Shown here: positions 48,251 through 56,991 of the stretch, one piece after another
Position numbering within the stretch: the stretch's first letter is position 1
Layout of the letters: each line of letters begins with the position of its first letter
NCBI GenBank assembly: GCA_963803435.1
Contig: CAWDML010000001.1
Coordinates: 896,001-960,000 of the forward strand
DNA: 64,000 bases
From: an uncultured delta proteobacterium
GTDB lineage: Bacteria > Myxococcota > Kuafuiibacteriia > Kuafuiibacteriales > Kuafuiibacteriaceae
Direction: 5' to 3'
Notes under the pieces: generated by a model
Seen by the model: the letters and a program-made list of their open reading frames with translations, nothing else
What the model was told of the DNA's origin: nothing
The model's database searches: none
Program-made: the position numbers and the translations under genes

Positions 48251-49882
48251 ATGGGCAAGACACCTTTCGCCCGGCGCTGGTCGGTCCGTCTCTTGGTCGG
48301 CGTCTCCACGCTCCTCTCTGCCGACACCGCGCTCGCCCAATGGACCGCGGTCGCGCCCGGGATCGATCGCATGTCCCGAACCGACCCGGGTCCCCGGACG
48401 ATCGACGCGCTCCGCATCAACCTCTGTGAGCCGGGCGTTCGCCTCCGTGCCACGACCTACGCTGAGCGAGGCCAACGAACCTCCGCATGGGCCGCCGACC
48501 AAGGCGCCGTCGCCGCGACCAACGGCGGATACTTTCTTTTCGGCAGTTTCGAGCCCGACAATGGCGTCGCTGCCGGCGGCGGTTCCGCCTGGCCGACCTC
48601 CACGAACAGCGCCGTGCGCGGCATGTTCGCGGTAGGCCGCAATCAGCTCTTCCACGCCCACGCCTGGGAGACGATCCCCCTCCCAGCTTGGACCCAGGAA
48701 GCCGTCAACGGCGACGCCACGCTGGTCGACGGCGGCGCCGCCGTCGATTGTGGCGGATGCGGCGGAGGGCGCGCGCCACGAACGGCGGTGGGCTATACGA
48801 GTGATCGGCGGACGGTCTATCTCGTCACGGTCGACGGCCGCACCTCCAGCAGCATCGGAATGACCATCGACGAGCTGGCGGGGTTGATGGCCGGCTTCGG
48901 CGTCGAGCGCGCCATGAACCTCGACGGCGGCGGATCAACGACGATGTGGGTCGAGGGGATCGGCGTCATCAACGCCCCGAGCGACGGCTCCGAGCGCGTC
49001 GTCAGCAACCACCTGGGCGTCTTCTACGAAGAAGGCCAGCCGGCACAACAATGCCCCGACGCCTGCCAGAGCATCCCCTCGGTGGGCGGCACCATCGAAC
49101 AGGACGATCCCTGCTTCGAGACCTTCGGCCCCAGCAAGTGGTGGCGCTACGCGAGCGCAGGACAGAGCGGGCTGATCTGGACCAACGCGTTTCAGTCCGC
49201 CGACCCCAGCAACTGGGCCCGCTGGGACCTGAACCTCCAGGCGGCCCAGCCCATGCGCGTCGACGTCTATATCGACCCGACCTGGGGCGTCTTCTCGGCC
49301 GCCCACTACCGAGTGCGTGCCGGCGGCGCGGAGACAGACGTCTTCATCGACCAAGGTGCCGCGAGCGGTTGGACCGAGCTCGGAGAGTTCGACTTCGCTG
49401 CCGGTGGCGACGAGTGGGTCAGCGTCTACGACAACACGCCTAACGCGCCTGGCGGCGATCAGCACATCGCGATTGATGCGCTCAGGATCGTGCCGATCGA
49501 CCCGGGCTGCAGGGACGATACGGACTGCGACTCCGGCCAGATCTGCGACGCGGGTGAGTGCATCGAGGCTCCACCCGCCCAGGACGCCGGTGTGGAGAAC
49601 GATGCCGGCCTCTCGGAGAGCGACGCGGCGCTCCCTCCCGCCGACGCCGGCCCGCCCGCTGGTGAAGATGCATCCGCCGGCACGCCGGATGTAGGCCCGA
49701 CCCCTGACGCGGCTGGGGCGACCAAAGACGTCGAGGGCAGCGGTTCTGGATGCGCGTGCGTCCGAGACCAGCGCAGGCACCCCGGCCTCCCGCTGCTCGC
49801 GCTGATCGCGATCGGCCTCATGGGATGGCGGGCTCTTCTGCCGGACCAGAAGGGCTGTCGCCGGATCAAAACCAGCTCGTGA
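48251..49882 (+). CDS. Phosphodiester glycosidase (NAGPA) family secreted protein with MYXO-CTERM-like tail
   Basis: NGGYF, RAPRTAVG, VTVDGR, AMNLDGGGSTTM; tail SGCAC...LLALIAIGLMGWR. Confidence 0.88.
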   Translation: MGKTPFARRWSVRLLVGVSTLLSADTALAQWTAVAPGIDRMSRTDPGPRTIDALRINLCEPGVRLRATTYAERGQRTSAWAADQGAVAATNGGYFLFGSFEPDNGVAAGGGSAWPTSTNSAVRGMFAVGRNQLFHAHAWETIPLPAWTQEAVNGDATLVDGGAAVDCGGCGGGRAPRTAVGYTSDRRTVYLVTVDGRTSSSIGMTIDELAGLMAGFGVERAMNLDGGGSTTMWVEGIGVINAPSDGSERVVSNHLGVFYEEGQPAQQCPDACQSIPSVGGTIEQDDPCFETFGPSKWWRYASAGQSGLIWTNAFQSADPSNWARWDLNLQAAQPMRVDVYIDPTWGVFSAAHYRVRAGGAETDVFIDQGAASGWTELGEFDFAAGGDEWVSVYDNTPNAPGGDQHIAIDALRIVPIDPGCRDDTDCDSGQICDAGECIEAPPAQDAGVENDAGLSESDAALPPADAGPPAGEDASAGTPDVGPTPDAAGATKDVEGSGSGCACVRDQRRHPGLPLLALIAIGLMGWRALLPDQKGCRRIKTSS

Positions 49883-49902
49883 TGGCGTCCCAAGCTTTCC
49901 TC

Positions 49903-50217
49903 TCAGTGCTTCCAGGGGACCTCGAACATCCGCGTCCACTCCTCATCGTCGATCGGCGGCGGCGAAGGCGGCGCCGTGGGAGGGCGGACCGCTGCGGTGC
50001 GAATCGCCTGAAAGACCAGCCCGGCGAACCAGCGAGACAGCGCAGCCTGGTACTCGCGCAGCGCCTCGAACGCCTTGCCGTGGCCGAGCGCGTCGATCAG
50101 CGCCGCGTCGGTGTGGTGGCTCAGCACGTCGATCTCCGCCGGGACGCGGCGGAGGATCCGATCGACGTGATGCCAGAGGTCCGGTTCGAGGATCGTCTTG
50201 AACTCGGGGACGCTCAT
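49903..50217 (-). CDS. Hypothetical protein (104 aa)
   Basis: ATGA overlap with 50214..50450; helical with Pro-rich acidic tail. Confidence 0.62.
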   Translation of the reverse strand: MSVPEFKTILEPDLWHHVDRILRRVPAEIDVLSHHTDAALIDALGHGKAFEALREYQAALSRWFAGLVFQAIRTAAVRPPTAPPSPPPIDDEEWTRMFEVPWKH

Positions 50218-50450
50218 CCGCCCCGCTCACCCAGGACACCGCGGATGTTTCGATCCTCGGCCTGGTGGAGCGTCTTCGCGATCATCATCCAGGTCTCGTT
50301 CTGATCGGAGAGCTCACGCACTCGGCGTGCGTCGTGCTCCATCCCCTGGTTCGAGGGGTCGCCGATCCTCGGAACGCGCTGTTCGATCTCCCGGTTGTTG
50401 CGCTGCATCCACTGGTAGATCCAGCTCATCACTTTGCTGACGGTATCCAT
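50214..50450 (-). CDS. Small helical protein (78 aa), T3SS needle/rod-like C-terminus
   Basis: RBS AAGGAGG; C-terminus WMMIAKTLHQAEDRNIRGVL. Confidence 0.65.
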   Translation of the reverse strand: MDTVSKVMSWIYQWMQRNNREIEQRVPRIGDPSNQGMEHDARRVRELSDQNETWMMIAKTLHQAEDRNIRGVLGERGG

Positions 50451-50487
50451 GATCTGTTTCTCCTCCTTCGTGGTCGCGTGTCGCCGT

Positions 50488-50518
50488 ACCAAGAAGCGTG
50501 CCTGGCGCGGATGTTGAA
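50488..50518. promoter_or_regulatory. Back-to-back sigma-54-like promoters
   Basis: Minus strand AGGCAC-GCTTC-TTGGT (50488-50503); plus strand TGGCGC-GGATG-TTGAA (50503-50518). Confidence 0.5.
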
Positions 50519-50545
50519 CCGGGCTCCGCGCGAAAGGAGCCACTC

Positions 50546-50749
50546 ATGATCAAGACGATTCTTCCACCGCCTCCGCCTCCCACCGATCGCGCACCGGAGG
50601 AGCCGCTCGGCGCCGAACCCGCGTTCGAAGATCTCGAGGCCTGGGGACGCGAGATCCGCATTCGCGAGGACCATCGCACCATCGAGAGCGCGGCGGACGC
50701 CTATCACCACCGAACGCAGCAGGCCGGGATCAAGGCGTTCCTCTCCTGA
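50546..50749 (+). CDS. Small protein (67 aa), paralog of 50867..51070
   Basis: RBS AAAGGAG; LEx4EIR...RTx3AAx2YxH. Confidence 0.68.
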   Translation: MIKTILPPPPPPTDRAPEEPLGAEPAFEDLEAWGREIRIREDHRTIESAADAYHHRTQQAGIKAFLS

Positions 50750-50820
50750 AGCGTCCGTCCGCACGAACAGGTGTTCGGCGCGACGAACGGCTCGAGGGCC
50801 GCATCGAGACGCGCGCACGC

Positions 50821-50836
50821 TGGCATCGAAGTTGAA
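50821..50836 (+). promoter_or_regulatory. sigma-54-like promoter
   Basis: TGGCAT-CGAAG-TTGAA, same TTGAA variant as at 50503. Confidence 0.55.
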
Positions 50837-50866
50837 CTGGAGCGGCCACGAAAGGAGCTACGAATC

Positions 50867-51070
50867 ATGGCAGGCACAAACCCCGTTACCACCACCCCGG
50901 CTACGAACCTTCAGACCTCTCAGGAGGAGCTGAGCACGACCGCGCTCGAGGGCCTCGATCAGGAGATCCGTCGGAACCGCGAGGTCCAGGACTTCCGCAC
51001 GCAGGTCAACGCGGCCCAGAAGTACACCCACCAGCAGACGGTCCAGCGGGCCGCTGAGTGGACACGCTGA
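50867..51070 (+). CDS. Small protein (67 aa), putative pilin/needle-like secreted subunit
   Basis: RBS AAAGGAG; Thr/Pro-rich N-terminus, helical C-terminus, motif shared with 50546..50749. Confidence 0.72.
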   Translation: MAGTNPVTTTPATNLQTSQEELSTTALEGLDQEIRRNREVQDFRTQVNAAQKYTHQQTVQRAAEWTR

Positions 51071-51089
51071 AGCAGGGAGGGACCGACAG

Positions 51090-52556
51090 ATGTTCGACTA
51101 TGGAATGGGATGGCATTCGTCCCGCGCGTCGAGGTTCGACCAGCTCGACCGCGACGGGACGATCGACGAGTTCGAGAAGGCCTCGCTCGATGGGGATCAG
51201 CGGACGCTCGATCGCTTGATCGATCAGCTGCGACGCGAGGTGAGCTTCGAGCGCGGCTCGGAGGGACGGCGTCTCGGCCGGGCCGAGCGCATGCTCGATC
51301 AGCTCGGCCGGACGGCGCGCCGCGGGCGGAGCGGGCTGAACGACGAGGACAACGATCTGATCCAGCGCCTCAGGAGCGCGCTGCTCGCGGGGGCGAACGG
51401 TCACGACGACCTCACGTCTGCGATCGGCGATCCGGAGGAGCTGGCGCGGATGGGCCGCGAGCTGGCCAACCGGCTGCGTCATCGCGGCATGCACGGGCAG
51501 GCTGCGGCCGTCTCACAGGCCGTGCGGCAGCTCGAAGGGCAGATGCGCGCGAACGACCTCGGCCGCCTGGCTGACGACTTCGAGGACGCCTCCGCCAACG
51601 GCGACGGCCGGGCCATGGACGAGATGATGGACTCGCTCGCCGGGCGGATCGGCCGGGGCGAGGGGCATCGCGGCCGGTCGCTGTCGCGCACGGAGCGCGG
51701 GCTCGATCGTCTGGGGCGGATGGCCCGCCAGTTCGGCTACGACGAGGACAACGACACGATCCAGCGGCTCCGCTCGGGTGTGCTGGCGGCGATGAACGGT
51801 CAAGACCGGCTGCGGACCACGCTCGGCGACATGCCGCTCGACGAGCTGATCGAACGCGGGCAGCGGCTCGCCGATCGGCTGCATGATCACGGCTACGAGA
51901 GCGGCGCAGACGACGTCGAGCGAGCGCTCCGGGTTCTCGAGAATCAGCGGGATCACGAGGGCTGCTGCGGCCCGCACGAGGATGACGAGTCCGTGTCGCA
52001 CTGCGCCCGCCCGAGACCGGGGGGCTGGAACGATCCGCGGGGGATGGAGCGGGACGGCGATCGGATCGTCACGCGCGGCGGCTACGAGATCGAGGCGGAG
52101 GGCGACAGCAACTGGTCGATCTGGGATCCGAACGGCGACATGATCGCGCGGATCAGCGGAGATCCGCACGTCACGGAGGGCGACGGGACGCGTTGGGACT
52201 TCTCGAAGGACTCGATCTTCCGGCTCCCCGACGGAACGCAGATCTTTGCGGACACCGACCATGGATCGGGGCGCGGGCGTGCCGCGACCACGCGGCGCCT
52301 GGTGATCGACGACGGCTCCGACCGCGTCACCATCGACGGTGTCGACGGCCGCCACCCGCAGATCGGCGAGATCGGCGCGAGCGAGCGGGACGGCTTCGAG
52401 AGCGCGCACGGAGACGATGGCGAGGATCTCGACGTCTTTTCGCTGGTCAGCGAGGGCGATCGGATCCAGTTCGAGCTGCTTCGCAGCCTCGGCATCGTGG
52501 ACGGGTCGTCGGTCGGCGAGGACGGTTATGAACCGACCGCTTCGGCTCGTGCTTGA
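51090..52556 (+). CDS. Protein with two ~130-aa helical repeats and a DUF1521/MIIA-like GDPH domain
   Basis: RBS GGAGG; repeat core DEDNDxIQRLRS twice; RISGDPHVTEGDGTRWDF...FRLPDGTQI. Confidence 0.8.
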   Translation: MFDYGMGWHSSRASRFDQLDRDGTIDEFEKASLDGDQRTLDRLIDQLRREVSFERGSEGRRLGRAERMLDQLGRTARRGRSGLNDEDNDLIQRLRSALLAGANGHDDLTSAIGDPEELARMGRELANRLRHRGMHGQAAAVSQAVRQLEGQMRANDLGRLADDFEDASANGDGRAMDEMMDSLAGRIGRGEGHRGRSLSRTERGLDRLGRMARQFGYDEDNDTIQRLRSGVLAAMNGQDRLRTTLGDMPLDELIERGQRLADRLHDHGYESGADDVERALRVLENQRDHEGCCGPHEDDESVSHCARPRPGGWNDPRGMERDGDRIVTRGGYEIEAEGDSNWSIWDPNGDMIARISGDPHVTEGDGTRWDFSKDSIFRLPDGTQIFADTDHGSGRGRAATTRRLVIDDGSDRVTIDGVDGRHPQIGEIGASERDGFESAHGDDGEDLDVFSLVSEGDRIQFELLRSLGIVDGSSVGEDGYEPTASARA

Positions 52557-52707
52557 TCGCAGCCAGGAAGAGATCGACCGGGTTCGCCGGGCGCTCGAGA
52601 GCCCTCGGTGGCAGACCTCGAACGCCCGGCGGGCACGGCTCGAGCTGCAGCAGAAGATCCTCGAGAGCACGATCGAGGCGATCGAGGTGGGATCACTGCG
52701 CCGGTAG
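52528..52707 (+). CDS. Small coiled-coil protein (59 aa)
   Basis: GAGGA RBS before ATG 52528; amphipathic helix RLELQQKILESTIEAIE. Confidence 0.45.
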   Translation: MNRPLRLVLDRSQEEIDRVRRALESPRWQTSNARRARLELQQKILESTIEAIEVGSLRR

Positions 52708-53499
52708 ATGGATCGTGAAGATCGGGTCCGGATCCCCACCCGAGGTCGCTGCGACACCGACCGCGACCGCGGATCCGGCGACCACCACGCCGATCGCCGT
52801 CCAGACCCACCACTTCTCGTACCACCGCTCCTCGGGCGGTTCAGGCGCGAGGGCCGACATGACCGTCGTGTGCGTGAGCGGATGGTGCGCGTCGCCCGCG
52901 CTGGCCAGCGCCTGCTCGGCTGCGCCGACGGCGACGCCGTAGTACTCCACATGCGGATCGAGCGGGAGCTCGATCGTGAAGCCCTGCTCACCGCTGGAGA
53001 AGGTGTGCGGGAGATAGGGATCATCGCGTCCCGAGCGGGAGTAGAGAAGGAGCTGCGAGACGAGCCGCTCCGGATCGACCACGTGCGCCGAGATCGAGAG
53101 CCGGCCCTCCTTCACCTCGGGTGCGTCCAGAGAGAGCCGGGGAGCGATCTTCTGCCACCGCGCCTTCGCCCGCTCGAAGATCGCGTTCACCTTCGGCGAC
53201 TGGCCCTCTTCGAGCACGTACTCGGGCGAGAGCATCAACAGCCGCAGATAGGCGGTTTCGGCCCGCGCTTGATCGCCGAGCGCGGTGTGACAGACCCCGG
53301 CGAGCGCGTAGGCGCGCGTCCGCTGCTCGAGCGTCAGGTCGGAACGCTCGAGCAGCCGCGACAGCCGTTCGAGCGCGCCTTCGAACGCCAGCTCCTTCTC
53401 CACCGCTCCGACGATGCGGGCCAGCTCCCGCTCGGCCGTGTCGACAGCGTTCGCAGGCGAGGGGGCGATCAGGAGCAGCGGGAGGAGCAGGCGGATCAT
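52693..53499 (-). CDS. Secreted TPR protein with C-terminal membrane anchor
   Basis: Signal peptide; AGVCHTALGD...AYLRLLMLSP, QSPKV; WYEKWWVW + TM helix; ATGA overlap. Confidence 0.78.
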   Translation of the reverse strand: MIRLLLPLLLIAPSPANAVDTAERELARIVGAVEKELAFEGALERLSRLLERSDLTLEQRTRAYALAGVCHTALGDQARAETAYLRLLMLSPEYVLEEGQSPKVNAIFERAKARWQKIAPRLSLDAPEVKEGRLSISAHVVDPERLVSQLLLYSRSGRDDPYLPHTFSSGEQGFTIELPLDPHVEYYGVAVGAAEQALASAGDAHHPLTHTTVMSALAPEPPEERWYEKWWVWTAIGVVVAGSAVAVGVAATSGGDPDPIFTIHLPAQ

Positions 53500-54962
53500 C
53501 GCGATGCGCAGCCCCCCAGGACGGGCGGCACGGAGGCGAGCGGCCCGCTGCAGGTCGCCGTATCGATCCGGATGACCCCCCCGCTGCCGCCGCCCCCACC
53601 GCCGCCGCTGAAGCTGGCGCCCCCCGATCCCGGGATGGGAGGGAGTGCGCCGCCGCCGTCGCCACCGTTGCCGCCGTCGGGCAGCAGAGCGGCCCCGCCG
53701 GCTCCGCCCGCCAGGCCGTCTGCGCCGTCTTCGGCCGGCAGGCCTCCGCTGGCCTCGTTGGAGGCGCCGCCGCCGCCGCCGCCGCCGGCTGCGTTCAGCG
53801 AGCCGCCGGCGAAGGTGACCTGCTCGGCCTCGAGGAGGATGGCTCCGCCGCCTCCACCGCCTCCGCCTCCGCCGTCGTTCGTGCCGGTCTTCGAGATCGC
53901 GCCGCGCCCTCCGCCGGCGGCGGCCGCGATCGTTCCGGAGACCGCGATCTCTCTCGCGACGATCTGGAGCGCACCGCCACCGCCGCCCCCGAGCGCGCTC
54001 GGACGGTTCTCGAGCGCACCGGTCCCGCCGTTGCAGCCACCGAGGAGCGGCACGAGATCGGTCGGCTGATGCGACGCGCCACCGAGTCCGGGGGTGCAGC
54101 TGCCGTCGTGGCCGGATCCGCCGCTCGCGCCGTCCTGCGCCGCTCCTCCTCCTCCCCCGCCTCCCCCTCCGTTGCAATCGCCCCCACCGAGCGGAGCGTC
54201 GTTGCCCGGACAGACGCCGCCGCCGGGTCCGCTGATCGTGCCGGTGGCGGTCGCGTCGAGCATGCCGGCGATGGTGGCAGAGTCGCGCACGAGAAAGACC
54301 ACGGCGCGATCGCCGACGATCCGCATCAGGCCTGCGATCTCGAGACTGCTCATCGACAGCGCCACCAGACCGTTCACCTCCGTCACCTGTGGGCGATCGC
54401 GCGAACAGCCGAGCGAGAACGCAAGGCGCTCCGAGTCGAAGCGGCAGGTGGTGTTGGTGGGGACGGAGAAGGCGACCTCGTAGGCGAGCGGATCCGGATC
54501 GACGTTCTTCACCGGGAAGGAGAAACGGGGGCCGCCGTCGTTCACGCCGCCGTCGGGCGATCCTCCCTCGACGCCTGCGTCCTTCATCTCCACGAATCCA
54601 GCGTCCGGCGCCGGCTCCGCGCCGCATCCGGTCACCGCCGGCGGCCGGCCTCGGAGCAGGTGGATCGCAACGCAGGAGGGGAGCGAGGCAGAGGTGCTCG
54701 CGCTCGCGACGATGGCTCCGTCGTGAAAGAGCTCGACCTCGAGCTCGACCGTAGTCGGTTCGGCGGCCACCACCCGGAACAGGAACGGGCTCGAGCCCTC
54801 GAGATCTGCGGCTTGCTCGAAGGCGCCGCCGTTCGAACGCACGCGTCCGGTCAGCCGGTCTGCCTCGTCGGGTACGCGCAGATCCGTGTGGACCTCCACG
54901 GCGAGCTCGACCGTTGAACTGCAGCTCGTCGCGAGCAGCCCCAGCGGAAGCAGCCAGGGCAT
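53496..54962 (-). CDS. Glycine-rich lipoprotein
   Basis: LATSC lipobox after ATG 54962; GGGGGGALQIV / GGGGGAILLE / GGGSGGVIRI repeats. Confidence 0.75.
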   Translation of the reverse strand: MPWLLPLGLLATSCSSTVELAVEVHTDLRVPDEADRLTGRVRSNGGAFEQAADLEGSSPFLFRVVAAEPTTVELEVELFHDGAIVASASTSASLPSCVAIHLLRGRPPAVTGCGAEPAPDAGFVEMKDAGVEGGSPDGGVNDGGPRFSFPVKNVDPDPLAYEVAFSVPTNTTCRFDSERLAFSLGCSRDRPQVTEVNGLVALSMSSLEIAGLMRIVGDRAVVFLVRDSATIAGMLDATATGTISGPGGGVCPGNDAPLGGGDCNGGGGGGGGGAAQDGASGGSGHDGSCTPGLGGASHQPTDLVPLLGGCNGGTGALENRPSALGGGGGGALQIVAREIAVSGTIAAAAGGGRGAISKTGTNDGGGGGGGGGGAILLEAEQVTFAGGSLNAAGGGGGGGASNEASGGLPAEDGADGLAGGAGGAALLPDGGNGGDGGGALPPIPGSGGASFSGGGGGGGSGGVIRIDTATCSGPLASVPPVLGGCASR

Positions 54963-55049
54963 GCCCCGGGTGTGGCCTCCGGTCATCTGCAAACCGAGCT
55001 GACAGGGTACAGGCGCGGGCCGGTTTGGTGAAGGTGATAGACTTTCGAG

Positions 55050-56543
55050 GTGGCGAAGGGCGCCCGTCTGGGAGAGCTCTGGCTCCAGCGGCGTCTCGGC
55101 GCCGGTGGAATGGCCGAGGTCTTTCTGGCGCGCCGGGAAGGTCCGAGCGGCTTCGAGAAGCAGCTCGTCGTCAAGCGCCTGCTGCCGCATCTCAGCCGGA
55201 AGAGCCGCTTCACGGAGATGTTCCTCCGCGAGGCGAGGCTCTCGGCGTTGATCGATCATCCGAACTTCGTCCACGTCTCCGCCTTCGGCGAGGAGGACGG
55301 CCAGTACTACCTGGCGATGGAGTATGTCGACGGGACCACGATCAAGCAGCTCCTCGAGCACCTCGGCACGTTCGCTCCGGGCGTCGCCGCCCGCATCGCG
55401 ATCGATCTTCTCGACGCGCTTCACGCGATCCACAACGCGACCGCGCTCGACGGGCGACCGCTCCATCTGGTCCACCGCGACATCACGCCCAGCAACGTGA
55501 TGCTGACGGCCTCCGGGACGGTGAAGCTCCTCGACCTCGGGATCGCGGTCTCCAAGGACGAGGGCACGCCGGCTCGCGCCGGGACCCGGAAGTACATGTC
55601 CCCGGAGCAGTCGCGCGGTGATCCCGTCGACGCGCGCTCCGATCTGTACTGCGTCGCCCTGCTGCTCGCGCTGATGATCAGCGGTCGCCATCCGTTCGAC
55701 ACCCAGAGCGTCACGATCGCGTACAAGCGGGCGCCGCTTCCGTTGCAGGCGATCATCCGCCGCCTCCTCGAGGAGGATCCGGAGGCGAGGCCGCGCTCCG
55801 CTCGGGAGGTCCAGGATCAGCTCGAGCAATTCGCGCTCGGCTGCGGGCGTGAGGGGACGCGCGGCGCGCTGGCGAAGCTCGCCTCCTCCGCGATCACCAG
55901 CGTCCCCGAGGCCTCGGGCGGCCGTGGAACCGCTTCTCTCGAGCCGAGCGAAGCGTTGTCGTCGACACCGATGGGCGTGCGGGTGGAGCTACTCGAGTCC
56001 GAGCGGCCGACCTTGCTGCACCGCTCCGCAGAGCTCCAGGCGCTGCCGCGCTCCCGCCGCGCGTGGCTCGGCGTGGCCTCCCTCGCTGCGCTGTCGGTCG
56101 CGCTCGGCGTGGCCGCGCTCGCCGGTCGCTCGGAGGCGACGCCCGCCGTCGCGGCGGCACCCGTGCGCTCGGCGCCGCCCGAAGCCCCGCCCGAACCACC
56201 CGCGCCGGTCGGGTCCCCGCGAACCCCTGAGGAGGCGCCGGCGATCGCGACCGTGGAGAAGCCGGTTCGGCAGCAGCGGCGAGCGAGCCGGCGCGCCCGC
56301 ACGCCGAAGAAGAAGCGACCGGTGGGCTCCAGCTACCTGAACATCGACGCCCGCCCCTGGGCGATCGTCTTCGTCGACGGCCGCTCGCTCGGCCAGACGC
56401 CGCTGGCCCGCGCCGAGATCCCCGCCGGCGATCACCACGTTCGCCTCGTGAACCCGGACCGCGGGCTGGAGGCGAGCTATCGCATCCAGTCCGAGCCCGG
56501 GAAGGTGGTGAAGATTCGGGGCCGCTTCAAAGGGATCGATTGA
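55050..56543 (+). CDS. Membrane Ser/Thr protein kinase with PEGA-like domain
   Basis: GAGGMAEV, VVKR, HRDITPSN, DLG, SPE; TM helix; IDARPWAIVFVDGRSLGQTP. Confidence 0.93.
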   Translation: MAKGARLGELWLQRRLGAGGMAEVFLARREGPSGFEKQLVVKRLLPHLSRKSRFTEMFLREARLSALIDHPNFVHVSAFGEEDGQYYLAMEYVDGTTIKQLLEHLGTFAPGVAARIAIDLLDALHAIHNATALDGRPLHLVHRDITPSNVMLTASGTVKLLDLGIAVSKDEGTPARAGTRKYMSPEQSRGDPVDARSDLYCVALLLALMISGRHPFDTQSVTIAYKRAPLPLQAIIRRLLEEDPEARPRSAREVQDQLEQFALGCGREGTRGALAKLASSAITSVPEASGGRGTASLEPSEALSSTPMGVRVELLESERPTLLHRSAELQALPRSRRAWLGVASLAALSVALGVAALAGRSEATPAVAAAPVRSAPPEAPPEPPAPVGSPRTPEEAPAIATVEKPVRQQRRASRRARTPKKKRPVGSSYLNIDARPWAIVFVDGRSLGQTPLARAEIPAGDHHVRLVNPDRGLEASYRIQSEPGKVVKIRGRFKGID

Positions 56544-56573
56544 CCGGGCTCCAGCCGTGCGGAGGTCGGAGTC

Positions 56574-56978
56574 TCATGCCGCGCCTTCGACCGGCTTCGA
56601 AGGCAGCTTGGTGTGCTTGGCGATGCGGTTCGACACCGCCCGCGCCACCGTGTACGGGATCCAGACCAGGATCCCGCCGACGACGACCGCGGCCAACGGC
56701 CGGAAATATCCGAGCGTGATCTTCTGAAGAATCGCGTCGACGACGAACGCCACGATCAGCGGAATGGCGAGATCCGAGAGCGACTGCTTCAGCAACTCCC
56801 ACCTGCCGTGCGAAGTCGTGAACAGGCGTAGAAGAAACGGAGCATGGCCTGCCTTGGCGTCACCGATTCCGAGCTTCAGTCCCACGAACATGGCCATGAG
56901 AGGCTGGAGGATCAGGCGAAATCTTCCCGCTCCGCTCAGATCGCGAATGATGCCGTCCCAGAATTCGTAGTGATTCAT
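56574..56978 (-). CDS. Hypothetical membrane protein
   Basis: RFRLILQPLMA...GIGDAKAG; three hydrophobic segments; GGAG RBS. Confidence 0.72.
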   Translation of the reverse strand: MNHYEFWDGIIRDLSGAGRFRLILQPLMAMFVGLKLGIGDAKAGHAPFLLRLFTTSHGRWELLKQSLSDLAIPLIVAFVVDAILQKITLGYFRPLAAVVVGGILVWIPYTVARAVSNRIAKHTKLPSKPVEGAA

Positions 56979-56991
56979 ACTCCCGCAGGGT

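Noticed and set aside
53560-54200. (CCG)n-rich tracts as DNA repeat elements
   Set aside because: Explained by poly-Gly codons of the minus-strand lipoprotein
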